DNA of 64,000 nucleotides. Origin: Flectonema sp. DT1601. Taxonomy: Eukaryota. Positions 43,830 through 55,004 of this stretch are shown piece by piece. The DNA is taken from positions 248,001 through 312,000 of the forward strand of contig OZ025782.1 of the NCBI GenBank assembly GCA_964019425.1, in the 5' to 3' direction. Position 1 is the stretch's first letter. Each line of letters starts with the position of its first letter. The notes under the pieces were generated by a model. It was not told the DNA's origin, made no database searches, and worked only from the letters and a program-made list of their open reading frames with translations. Both the position numbers and the translations under genes were made by a program.

Positions 43830-45536
43830 TTAGAAGGGTATTAGTCGTGGTACATACTTTCCGCCCTTCTTGCCTCCCTTCTTACCTCCCTTTCCCTTTC
43901 CTTTTCCCTTGGAACCCTTTCCAGTGTGCTCTTTGTTATCAGATTTTTCCTTCTTCTCCTCAGTCTTTACCGGCTTGGTTCTCCAGTCTTCGTACTTTTC
44001 GTCCATCTTGGCGGTGGCAAACCACTCCTTTCTCTTTACGAGTTTCTCGAGTGCGTCTGATGCCTCTACGATGGTGAGAGGGGTGTCAACTTTGAGGTCG
44101 TCGAAGGCGTGGAACTTATCAACCGTGTGCTGGATTGAAGAAGAAGCTGGTTTGTCATCCTTCTTTTCTTCTTCCTTCTTCGCTGTCTTTCCCTTTGCTG
44201 CTGGAGGTTGGTGCTTGGAAACAGGGGCGGCCTTAACTGGTTTCTTAAATTTCATAAAGTCATCAGAGTCGTCACCCTTTCCGATAACTTTACATGTTCC
44301 TTTAAGCTCCATCATCTTCTTCATGGCTTCTTCCATCTTCTCCTTGTCAGTCTTTTGCTTTTCAACTTCAGTTGAAGATTTCTTACCAAGAGTTCTCTCT
44401 AAGTAGTTGATAAGGTGATCGCATAGAGTTCTCTCGTCCTTCCATGGGTCTTGCTTTTTAATTTCAGCAACTTCGGCATCAATGACAGCCTTCTCTTCGT
44501 CACGTTTCTTCTGTCTTTCGAGCTTCTCGCGGTAGTCCTTGTCGGTTTCCTTGCGTCTTTCTTCAGCTTCCTGACGACGGACTTCGGCTTCTTCCTTGCG
44601 CTCGGCTTCCTTGGATTCCCATTCGACGAGGTCTTCTTCGTGTTGAACTTTGCGTTTCTTGTATGAGATCTTTCTCTGGACCATGTTACGCTGCTTTGTT
44701 GAGGATTCTAGGGAACGCTCAGCCTTCTTTAATTCCTGTTCACCACCGTTGGTAATGTCATCAAGTTCAGCCTTGAGTTTGTTAATCTCATTGTTGACAA
44801 CCTTCACTTCAGCTTTCTTCTCATCAGCAACTGAAGTAACCTTACTGACTTCACCCTTCTGCTTATTTATTTCATCAGATTTCTTAGCAAGAGCAATGTC
44901 GTACTTCTCCAATCCCTTAAGGTTCTTCTTGATCTGTTCAAGATTTCTAAGCTGAACCATAAACTGACGCTCTGACTTAGCAGAGAGTTTAGTAGTCGAT
45001 TCGTGGTCTTGCTCAACCTTCTTAATCGCCTTTACGACGTCTTCAGAGCTGTAGGTGATGTTTTGGGCTTCTTTCTTGCTCTGGAGTTCTTCTCTTATTT
45101 TCTTGTGTTCGCCGATGATTTCCTTCTTTCTGTCCTGAGCAGCGGTGACCTGGCTGGAGATTCCGTTGAACTCCTCAGAAAGAATCGCCTTCTCAGCAAC
45201 CTTCTCATCGATCTTCTCACGTACATCAGAGATTATCTTGTCTTTGGAATCGAAGTCGACATTGTCTTTTGCTTTCTTCAGACCTTCGACCTTTTCCTTC
45301 TTTGATTCGATGTCATCAGCGATCTTCTTCTCTTGTTCCTCTAACTCTTCTATGCTTTTAGATTCTTTTTCCATATCCTGATCAATATTGAACCATGGTC
45401 TTCTTGAACCTCCTCCTTTGTAACCACTCTTTCCACCTTTTCCTCCCTTCTTTCCACCCTTCTTACCCTTTCCGGTTCTCTCAGTCGTTGGCTTCTCCTC
45501 GGTGGAGGTAGGCTTCTGGTCAATCTCTTCAGACAT
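43830..45536 (-). CDS. Bfr1/proton-pump-interactor-like coiled-coil protein
   Basis: Long coiled coil; SAKSERQFMVQLRNL, CDHLINYL and HTVDKFHAFDDLKVDTP; GKG-rich ends. Confidence 0.7.
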   Translation of the reverse strand: MSEEIDQKPTSTEEKPTTERTGKGKKGGKKGGKGGKSGYKGGGSRRPWFNIDQDMEKESKSIEELEEQEKKIADDIESKKEKVEGLKKAKDNVDFDSKDKIISDVREKIDEKVAEKAILSEEFNGISSQVTAAQDRKKEIIGEHKKIREELQSKKEAQNITYSSEDVVKAIKKVEQDHESTTKLSAKSERQFMVQLRNLEQIKKNLKGLEKYDIALAKKSDEINKQKGEVSKVTSVADEKKAEVKVVNNEINKLKAELDDITNGGEQELKKAERSLESSTKQRNMVQRKISYKKRKVQHEEDLVEWESKEAERKEEAEVRRQEAEERRKETDKDYREKLERQKKRDEEKAVIDAEVAEIKKQDPWKDERTLCDHLINYLERTLGKKSSTEVEKQKTDKEKMEEAMKKMMELKGTCKVIGKGDDSDDFMKFKKPVKAAPVSKHQPPAAKGKTAKKEEEKKDDKPASSSIQHTVDKFHAFDDLKVDTPLTIVEASDALEKLVKRKEWFATAKMDEKYEDWRTKPVKTEEKKEKSDNKEHTGKGSKGKGKGKGGKKGGKKGGKYVPRLIPF

Positions 45537-45892
45537 ATGGGTTAATATATTTATATAAAGGTTTGATTACCTGGTGAGTCATTGAGATTTATAACTTATT
45601 CAAATATAACACTTTGATATGGAAAAAAATTATTTTCGCAGTTGGGCTCTACAATTGTTGTCATTGTCTGAAATTTCCTTCAAAAAAGAGAAAGAGGGGG
45701 GGAAAATGGAAAAATGAAGTGATAAAAATAGCCAATACAAACTACTACATAAAAAAACTGTGAGCAGTGTTACAGTTGTATGTGAGAGAAATATTAACGA
45801 CGTTGTACCCGCAGGGAACACTACAACAGAGTAGCGGGGATGGGTCAATAAAAATTGAACAAAACGACAGAGTAATAATTTTATAATAAATC

Positions 45893-47561
45893 CTACTTCT
45901 TCTTCTTCTTTTTGTTCTTCTTTTTTGCTGTGGCAGTTTCAGGTGCGACTCCAGCACCTCCACCACCACCCAGCTGACTTGCCATTTGAGCCAAACCGCC
46001 TGCTCCTCCGGCTCCACCTAAAGCTGCTGCGAGAGCGCCTTGATCAGTATTAGCAAATTGCTGCATCATGTTTTGAAGACCTCCGACACCTCCTAGTTGT
46101 TGGATTACCTGTTTTAATTGTGTTGTTTTATTGTCTCGATTGGTCTTTTTTTTTTGATAGTAGGAAATAACATACTGAAGGGTCCAAGGCACGGGCTAGT
46201 TGTTGCATGCGCATGTTACCCTGTTTGCCTGTCAGTGCCGTTGGGTCTTCTAATTTTTTAAGATCCATCTTCTGTAAGTTTTTTACCATTCCTTCAAACT
46301 TGACATAAGCCATCATAAGCTCTCGTATTTCCATTGGGTTCCGACCAGAACCCATTCCTATGCGACGCTGTCTCTCTGGAGTCATAAGTTTTCTGACATT
46401 CGGATGGTCTAATTCTTTATTATTCATACTGTCCATTAAGACCATGAATATTTTCATTTTTTGTGAGCTGTGCTCTCCATCAACGTTTGCTTGTCTCATC
46501 CCCGGAAGCATGTCCATCAACTTCCCCACCGGACCCATCTTCATTATATTTTGAAGATGTCCGTAGAGGTCTCTGAAGGTGAATTCTCCTTCAGAAAATC
46601 TTTGATAAAGCTCGTCGTTGTGAGTGATGCCAGCATCTTTTATTTTATCAAGAAACCCAGCAATATCACCCATTCCTAGTAACTGTTGAAGAAAACCGTT
46701 CGGTTCAAAAGCAGTGAAATCGTCAAAACCTTCACCAGTTCCAATGAAAACGATTGGAGCGTTTGTAGCTGCGACAGCAGATAGAGCCCCACCTCCTTTT
46801 GCATGTCCATCAAGTTTAGTGATGATGACTGATCCAATATCGACTGTGTCTTTGAATGCCTTTGCCTGATCGTGAGCTGCTTGACCAATAGATGAATCCA
46901 TTATAAATATGATATCATCTGGAGTGACTGCTGCTCTTATTTGATCCATTTCATCGAAGAGTGCTGATTCTTGTTTGTGTCTTCCAGAAGTGTCTACTAT
47001 TATTATTTCACATCCCTCACTTTTCATCTTCTCAACTCCATCTCTTGCTATCACTGCTGGATCTGTTTCTGTTAGTGATCCATGAAATGGTACTTTCGCT
47101 TTTGCTGCGTTTTGTTTTAGCTGATCGTATGCTCCTGCTCTGAATGTGTCGGCGCATATGAGTCCAACTTTCCAATTTTTATTTTGATGCCAAAGAGCAT
47201 ATTTCGTGCAAGTTGTAGTTTTTCCAGATCCCTGAAGACCTACGAACATAATAATATTTGATTTTCCCCTTACAGGTTTGAACGGTTTCACTCCCGGATC
47301 TAAGAGACTCCTCAGCTCCTGAAAAACAACATTTTTAATAAATTTTTGTTTGCTGAACCCGGCAGGTATGTCGTCGAGTTTCAATTTTTCAGTCATTTTA
47401 TCCTTTAAGTATTTAACCAGTTTCACGTTTACGTCAGCGATGAGAAGGGCATTGCAGATATCACCAATGACTTTGGCAACCAGTTCATCATCTATTACAG
47501 CAGACTTACTAACAGAGACCAGAGCTTGGTTTATTTGATCTCCTAGCTCTGCGAGAACCAT
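45893..47561 (-). CDS. SRP54: Signal recognition particle 54 kDa subunit; intron 46109-46175
   Basis: [41 protein letters not shown] domain. Confidence 0.95.
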
Positions 47562-47783
47562 CTTGTTAGATGTCTATAGGGGAATGTTAGTTTTAAAAAA
47601 AAAAAAAAAAACAACAGAACTTTCAACTTTATTAAACGAACTACTGAGAAAAATAATAAAAAAAAAATATATTTAAAAAAAAAAAAAAAAAGGAAACAAA
47701 GAGATCTCTCCCCTCCCATCCATGTGTAGTAAGTACTATGAAAATAAACTTCGCAAAACATAACTGCAAAAAGGGGGATTTGG

Positions 47784-48159
47784 TTAATCAGAGTCGTCAT
47801 CTTGTTGACCAAATCTGTCTAAGTCTTTCACAGCCTGTGATTTAAATGTTTTTTTTATAAAATAAATAATCTAAAACAAATCTTTGTATAAGATTCACAC
47901 AAACCTCGATATCTTCTTTACGGGACAACTCGTCTTGAGACTGAGCTGAAGAACGTCTTAATGGTGGTTGTTGTACTGATTGTATATTCTGAGATCTCTG
48001 TTGCGGAGCAGCTCCAACTGAAGGTTTCTGTCTGGCATTTATCGCTGCGACGTTTCCGTTGAGTCGATTTTCAAAATCAGCGATATCATCTTTACATTTT
48101 TCTGCTTCGTTTACGGAGTCGAATTCATATGTCTCGTTTAAAGAATTATTAGTGTCCAT
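47784..48159 (-). CDS. Small hypothetical protein; intron 47835-47904
   Basis: Spliced ORF of 101 aa ending RKEDIE-AVKDLDRFGQQDDDSD*. Confidence 0.6.
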
Positions 48160-48773
48160 TTATTGTTATTATTATTATTGTTGTTGTTGTTGTTGTTGTT
48201 TGTTTCTTTACGAAAAATGACTTATCCCCTACACAAGAAAAAAAAAAAAAAAAAAGGAAAGGAAAGGAAAGGAAATAATTTTTATTATTTATTATTGAAA
48301 TGATCTTTACAACGTTGTCGGAAACGAGTTGGATTCAATGAAAGTGAGGCGTCCCTTTTCATCATTTTTGATACTGCTGTCTTGTTTTGATAAAATATTA
48401 CGATAAGGAATTTTCGTTACCTTCTAATAATATTATCACCGTCTGTGTTATTTTAGATACAATGTAAATACCCACTATAAATATTTTTTTTTATAAAAAA
48501 AAAAAAAATAAAAAAAACACCTGAGAACAGGCCAGAAATACATTAGAGAGAAGGGTAATTTGATACTGCATTTTCAAGCTCAAAAGGAACAACAATTTCT
48601 CCGACAATCTTGACTGTCAGCAGAAGGGGAAAACTATTCAGATAAAAAAAAAAGCCTTTTTTATATTTTGTTGATCGGTAATTGCCGACGAACATAATAA
48701 ATAAAAAATCTGAAATAGTTTCTTCTCCGACTTCGTCGTCGGTGCAAAAAAGAAAAATAATAAATGAATAAAC

Positions 48774-49898
48774 TCACTTCTTTTTCTTACCTCCCTTTTT
48801 ATTTCCCTTCTTTTTCTTTTCTGCATGTGCCTTCGTTTCTTGAATAATTTGTTCAAAGAGATCATTCTCCACTCTTTCATAAACATGAAAGACTTCAATT
48901 TTTTGTTTCGTTCGGAGCATTTCCAATAACATTGTGACTCCTGCTGGAACCATTGAGTTGAGGTTTAAATCAATTGAAGTGAGAGTGTCATTTGCTTCAA
49001 TCCCATCTCTCAACGATTCAATCGCGTCAAGGTGAATACCAAAACAATTATCAGATAAGTCGAGATGAACTAAAGTCATGTTTTTTGCCAATGCTTGGCT
49101 TATTGCTTGAACTCCCTTTGCTCCCAAATGATTACCTCTCAAATGCAGTTCTTTTATTGAGGATGCCCTTACTATGTTTCTGCCTATGTCTTCTCCTCCT
49201 CTCCATCCTATTCCACAATATTCTAATTTCAAAATTTCGAGTGTTGAGTTCCATTTAAGACCATCACCGAGAGCAATAACTCCGTCATCAGAGATGTCTC
49301 TGTTGTGAGATAAATTCAGGTATCGAAGGCTTTCATTTTGTGTCAGTGATCGACCTAAATAGCCACATCCCTTTGCTGTTATTCCATTCATTATTAGTTC
49401 TAAGTTTTGGAGGTTTGCTCCGTCAGGATGGTCAGTTTTGAGGAATTCATGGATAAGCATTGCACCGTCATCGCCGCTGCATTGGGTGGGTTCGACTTTG
49501 TCTTCTCTTCCCCAGCATCTCCATATGCATAGCATGCACATGTATTTCCAATTTGCTGGCCAATATTGAAAACTTTCAGTCACAGCACGTGTTCCCAAAT
49601 ACGATATACTCTCGTTAAATATAAGTGAAAAGTTTGGAGGAAAATCACCTCCCTTATCTCCCATTCGATATTCAAATCTTCTTTCATTAGTTTCAGGTTT
49701 CCAAGCATGAGTCTCTTTGTTTAATTTTTTAATAAACTTATCTACAGAGGGGACCCCATATCTCACACACAGCTGTTCATATTTTGCTCGATATCTGGGT
49801 ATTTCTTTATCAGGTGGGTTGGCCAGGATATTTGAGTCTTTTATTGCATTTTTTCCAGGCTTACCGAGACTTTTACCGCTACCAGCCTTCTTTGACAT
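48774..49898 (-). CDS. RNI-like leucine-rich-repeat protein
   Basis: 28-residue repeats LxxLxLxxNxIxxxG. Confidence 0.85.
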   Translation of the reverse strand: MSKKAGSGKSLGKPGKNAIKDSNILANPPDKEIPRYRAKYEQLCVRYGVPSVDKFIKKLNKETHAWKPETNERRFEYRMGDKGGDFPPNFSLIFNESISYLGTRAVTESFQYWPANWKYMCMLCIWRCWGREDKVEPTQCSGDDGAMLIHEFLKTDHPDGANLQNLELIMNGITAKGCGYLGRSLTQNESLRYLNLSHNRDISDDGVIALGDGLKWNSTLEILKLEYCGIGWRGGEDIGRNIVRASSIKELHLRGNHLGAKGVQAISQALAKNMTLVHLDLSDNCFGIHLDAIESLRDGIEANDTLTSIDLNLNSMVPAGVTMLLEMLRTKQKIEVFHVYERVENDLFEQIIQETKAHAEKKKKGNKKGGKKKK

Positions 49899-50220
49899 TG
49901 TTGAGTTAGTCTTATTCAGACTCTGTGAAATAATTAAATAATAAGAACTTAACCAGCGGTAAGTTATCTTCTCTTCCTTTTACCTATACTATGATTAGTA
50001 GTAGTCAAATGACTCGATATAAAAACAGTTTTGTTAGGGTATCGAGACCTTTACCGCTACCAGCCTTCTTTGATATTGTTGAGTTAGTCTTATTCAGACT
50101 CTGTGAAATAATTGAATGATGGGAACCTGTTCAAGTGATATTTTTTTATTATTATGATAAGTAGCAGTCAAATGACTTGATATAAAAAAACAGTCAGCCT
50201 TCTTTGATATTGTTGAGTTA
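49863..50220. repeat. Degenerate ~180-bp tandem repeats of the LRR gene start region
   Basis: cagccttctttga(c/t)attgttgagtta at ~49883, ~50061 and ~50195. Confidence 0.75.
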
Positions 50221-51568
50221 TCCTGTCTTTCATTCTGCGTGTTCTGTTAGTTGTAAAAAAAAAAAAAAAAAAATTATTATTAATTTATGTAAAGTAGTCA
50301 ACTATCGTTAATCACAAAATACAAAAACAGTTAGTTTTTTTTTTTTTTTTTTAAATGTTTTAATTATTGAGTAAGTTGGGAATACGGTCTCTCGTTGGTT
50401 AATTTCTCTTCCCATTGACGAACAAAAAGTTTTTACAACAACAAAAAAAAAAAAAAAAAAAAAGGTAGGGAATTTTTTTTTTTTTTATATAATTTTGTGG
50501 TATTTCTCTGCCAAGCCTTGGAAGAAAAAAAGGAGCTGACCTCCAGACTAGAAGTGAAAAGAACTGTCGCATTCATTACGGATGCTCCCTCATATGCACA
50601 AAAATTATTTTCTACGGGAGAGAAAAAAAAAACAACAAGAAGAAATTTTAAAAAAAAAAAAAAAAGGAAAGGAAAGGAAAGGAAAGGAAAAAAATATGTG
50701 TAGTATTGCTCAACCAAATATATTTTAATGTTTGATATTACATTTTTTACAGTGATGCATCCCTCGGAAAGCACACAAACAAAAGAGAGCATAAAGGCAA
50801 GAAATAAGACTTACAGAAAAAGAACATTAGCAGGCGGAGAAAACATCATTCCGCGATTTGCGAGGAATATGAACAAAAGTTGTTAAGTTTTTTTTTTTAA
50901 AGGTTCTGATCTACGGCTACCTCTAATCAAAAAAAAATAAAAAATTTAAAAAAAAATTAAAGGGAAAAAAACAAGAGGAGTTTTTTTTTTTTTGCCAAGT
51001 CAGAAGAAGATGAAGGTGCGACAAAACAAACGGGTCAGCTGGACAGCAGGGATTGTTTTTCTCCTTTCGCCAGAAGACAGATCCTTCAGTAAACCGCGTC
51101 AACAATAATACGGCAAACTCTTCACTTTTTTTTTACTTTTTTTTAACTCACACCTTTGTTTTGTTTCGTGCGTAAAATCCTAATAAAGGAATAGGTTAGT
51201 TACGCTGCCACAATACCGAACAATGGGTTTTGTAGGTTTTTTTTTTGAAGGATGCAAGGTAGATACCAAAACAAGGTGAACTAAACACTAACTGCTACTA
51301 CCACACAAGGTAAGAGACAAAGGGAAAAAAAAAACAAAACGAAAACACAAAGTCGGAACGTTGGAATAGAATATTCCCCTTTTTTTTTTTTTTTTTTAAT
51401 AAGTATTCTGGTTTCACTACATTCAGCCAAATAGTGAAAGCCGAAAGTAAAGAGATTCTCTGCGGTAAACAAAAAAAAAAAAAAAAAAAAGAATCAGTAA
51501 TTGCATTAAAAATGGGCGTGCGTTAGATTTTCACCAAATAAAAAATTTTCATCAAACTCTACCCTCTT

Positions 51569-51602
<34 letters not shown>

Positions 51603-52103
51603 TAAAACAGACAACTAAATGAAAGTACCAAATTAGCTAAGAAAAAAAAACATTAACGCCACGTTTTTTGTTTTTTGTTTTTTGTTTTTTTTTTTTTCTA
51701 CCTTAGTCTACATACACTATGCCTCAACCACTTTATATATGTTCGACTGATGTGCTCTTTGTTTTTTTTATTTATGACTAATCCTACAGTGCGACAAGAA
51801 AAATGACTTCTGAGTCATACGACTCATTTCCTTTTATAATCAACCATTTTTGTTAAACAAAAAAAATATGTAATTGGGTGGCCAGTAAGGAGTCATTTTG
51901 TTGGCTTAAAAAAAAAAAAGTGGTCGTCACAAGAGAGAAAAAAAATGCTCATTAAAAAAAAAAAAAAAAGCAATAATTCTCTCATACGCAGGTAGATGAA
52001 AAAAAAAAAAAAAAAAAAATCACAACAATAAATAAATATAGCTCTTGTCGGCTTGAACACGTCAAAAAGAAAGTGTGAATCTGAATTCGCATACAGGGAA
52101 AAC

Positions 52104-55004
52104 TCATGCAGTTAAAAAGTCGCATACGAAGTATGAGTTGCTCCCGGTAATTTTAGCACCTGAAAAATCAGGAAACTCCTTTCCATTTGAAGTGAGAATC
52201 CCATTACGGTCTATTGTATATGGATAAGTAACTAAATGACATGTGATACCCTTTGATGATGAATCGCAGTATTCTTTCCAAGCCTTGTCGGTACGGTCTC
52301 GTACATATCGAGCGCATTCAGGTAGTTCAGGGCGTTCAATTTGCGACGGATAGGAACCCATAAAATTTAAGTGTTCAGTCCATAAAGACATTCTAAAACA
52401 ACGAACCATTCCAGTAGCTGACTGACGTATAAAGTGAGGTTGGCAAAGACCAACAGCTATTTCTGTGTCACGGTTACCAGACATCGATCTGTCGTTTATG
52501 TTTGCTGATCCCATAATTATGTATTCATCGTCAACGATCAACATTTTAGAGTGAACGTATATCGGACATCTTCTGTTTTTAATAAGCTTTTTCAATTCAG
52601 TAAACTTTTTGAACACTCCGTCTTTCGGCATCTCTTTCGCGATCGCTTTCTCACACGCATCTGAAAGGCTTTCCTTATTACAAGTTGCAAAGAATTGCAA
52701 ATAATCTTGAGGATGACTCTGTGACTTTACATCATTCAATGTTGATCCAATCTCTTTGTACATTGCCTTGATTGTGTGGTACTGCCAATGAAGTAATTCT
52801 TGCATGGGTGCGCTGGATGGATCACCTTCAGGAAAAAGAGGTATAAGGATGTAGGCGCAGTAAGGGTCATTTTGTCTAATCGCCCTTTGAATCCTTTTAA
52901 CGATAGTGGCTGGGATCATGTTTGAGGCTCCAGCGTCGGGTTTTTCAGACCAGAGTTCAGAGCTTCCCATGAAATATTGATTTTCTATAAAAAGAAATCG
53001 ACGACTCTTCTCAATTGCGTACACCCATGCTCTGTGACAGTCTGATTCAATTCCGTTCACTGTGAAGTCAGACGTCGTGTCTACGGATCTAAACAATTGA
53101 GCATTCCAAGCCTCAGCGTTTTGTTCGTCTAAAAGCACATCATCTTGCATTGGAATAATAGCGTTACCTCTGTATAACTCTTCTCTGTGACCTTGAGTTG
53201 ACCATCTTTGATGAAAGTTAGTGAGGGCGTCATGAGCAAGCTGACCCTCAACCATGCAATGAATATCCTCCCATGGTTGTCTCATTACATTTTTACCACC
53301 AGAATTGACAAGATTTTGATAATAATCGTGTTCGTGAATGTTGAATAAATGCTTTCCTGGACAATCCCAACGACCTCCAGTTAGATCGATCCCCCCCAAA
53401 AATGCGATTAAACGCCGTTTTCGAGACGATTCATTGTCGACTGGAGCGTCTAGGATGACACCCTTTTGATGATGAGTTAGTGTTGCTGTGAGACGCACAG
53501 ATGCAACGCTTCTCATCATAAGTCTGACTTTAACATTTGTCCCTCTAAAGTACGATGCACAGGAAGCAGAACCAGTTCCTGCCATTCCAGTTGCGTCATT
53601 CCAAATCATGATTAGAACTTTAACTCCTTGGTTTGCTTTTTCTTTTAACACATCACCAAGTCTGTGATGCCATTTTTTCCATAATGCCTGCTTTAATGAT
53701 TCTGGTGTATCAGGCTTAATACTAGAAGGTCCACTAGCTTCCATTCCATGGAATTCTTTACTGTTTGGGGATAGACGTTCACTTGCTGGTGGAGGCATTT
53801 CTCTAATTAATTGCATCGAAGGATCGACAGACCATCCATAGACGTATATCAACTCTCGTGATAATCTCATTCTGTGATAGAGGTCTACCCAATAGCTTTC
53901 ACGTTCATATGGTCTAGCTAGGTTTGTATATTCGTAAAGACTTATTGGTGCTAATCGTTGATTCCATTCCCTTCCAACATGTGCGGATTGATAAAGAGAA
54001 ACTCTGTTTCCTGATGTTGCTGCGAATTTTGTTCTCGGGATTTCCCATGTTAAAGTTTTTCCAGCTTTTTCATTTTCAGCTTCCAAGCATTCGATTTCAA
54101 CCATGAGTTCACCCGATGGTTTTGGTCTTCCGATATGAGGATCTTTGAAGAGTGGAACCACACCTCTGAATCGTCCACCATTTGACACCATGTTAAGTCC
54201 AAAGGCTGGTGCTAGGATTCCTTCACAAACTAATTCATTTCTGAATGCGCATCCCGACAGGACACTCAAATCTTCATCTTTGACTGCGAAGTAGAGTAGG
54301 TTAGTATTCGCGATACGAACAGTTTCTTCATGATTCCATCGTGGGTTAGTAGTATTCTGTTCTACTTTTGTAGCTGTTATTAGTCTTCCCTTGCGGTCAT
54401 AGACCTCAACGAAGGGATCTCCTGCTTTGTGTCCAAATAAATCGGATTTGGGAATACCTAAGGCTTCTGTGATTCTTATTCTGATTAGACCATGTGTTTG
54501 ATGATCGTAGCGTTCTTTTTGAGGAATCGGACGTGATCGAGGTTTGACTTGGTTTGGTTGGACTCCAAAAGTTTTTGCTGCACCCCATTCAACGTCATAG
54601 CTCGTTCCAAAGTTTGATTTCATAATTTCAGCGTCGTAGTATTCACCCATCCATAATGCCTTTACTAAGTCTCCTTCTTCATAGTGTGGGACTTCTCGTA
54701 TTGCTTCAGGGGAAATGATGTCGTAGAGTCGTTCGTTTGTGTATGTTGCCCATTTAACTTCATAGCATTCTTTTCCGTTTTCTAATCTTAGTGAGTTTAT
54801 TACAGCTGGCCAGTAGTCACCTTTCCAAAGAACTTCTACAGGCTCACCACTTTTATATTTAAAATGACCTTTATAATGTTTTTCCATCACTGCATTAAAT
54901 TTTTCAATGTGTCTTTTACGTTGGTCTGCAGACCTTCTGATGCAGGTACCCATCTCTCCATCTGTACGATCTGCCTTCGAAGCAAAACAGCACAAAAGCC
55001 GCAT
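52104..55004 (-). CDS. Phospholipase D, plant C2-PLD type, with two N-terminal Tudor/Agenet-like domains (paralogue A)
   Basis: HHQKGVILD and HSKMLIVDD HKD motifs, IENQYF, GSANINDRS, C2 domain (DPFVEV..NPRWN). Confidence 0.92.
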   Translation of the reverse strand: MRLLCCFASKADRTDGEMGTCIRRSADQRKRHIEKFNAVMEKHYKGHFKYKSGEPVEVLWKGDYWPAVINSLRLENGKECYEVKWATYTNERLYDIISPEAIREVPHYEEGDLVKALWMGEYYDAEIMKSNFGTSYDVEWGAAKTFGVQPNQVKPRSRPIPQKERYDHQTHGLIRIRITEALGIPKSDLFGHKAGDPFVEVYDRKGRLITATKVEQNTTNPRWNHEETVRIANTNLLYFAVKDEDLSVLSGCAFRNELVCEGILAPAFGLNMVSNGGRFRGVVPLFKDPHIGRPKPSGELMVEIECLEAENEKAGKTLTWEIPRTKFAATSGNRVSLYQSAHVGREWNQRLAPISLYEYTNLARPYERESYWVDLYHRMRLSRELIYVYGWSVDPSMQLIREMPPPASERLSPNSKEFHGMEASGPSSIKPDTPESLKQALWKKWHHRLGDVLKEKANQGVKVLIMIWNDATGMAGTGSASCASYFRGTNVKVRLMMRSVASVRLTATLTHHQKGVILDAPVDNESSRKRRLIAFLGGIDLTGGRWDCPGKHLFNIHEHDYYQNLVNSGGKNVMRQPWEDIHCMVEGQLAHDALTNFHQRWSTQGHREELYRGNAIIPMQDDVLLDEQNAEAWNAQLFRSVDTTSDFTVNGIESDCHRAWVYAIEKSRRFLFIENQYFMGSSELWSEKPDAGASNMIPATIVKRIQRAIRQNDPYCAYILIPLFPEGDPSSAPMQELLHWQYHTIKAMYKEIGSTLNDVKSQSHPQDYLQFFATCNKESLSDACEKAIAKEMPKDGVFKKFTELKKLIKNRRCPIYVHSKMLIVDDEYIIMGSANINDRSMSGNRDTEIAVGLCQPHFIRQSATGMVRCFRMSLWTEHLNFMGSYPSQIERPELPECARYVRDRTDKAWKEYCDSSSKGITCHLVTYPYTIDRNGILTSNGKEFPDFSGAKITGSNSYFVCDFLTA

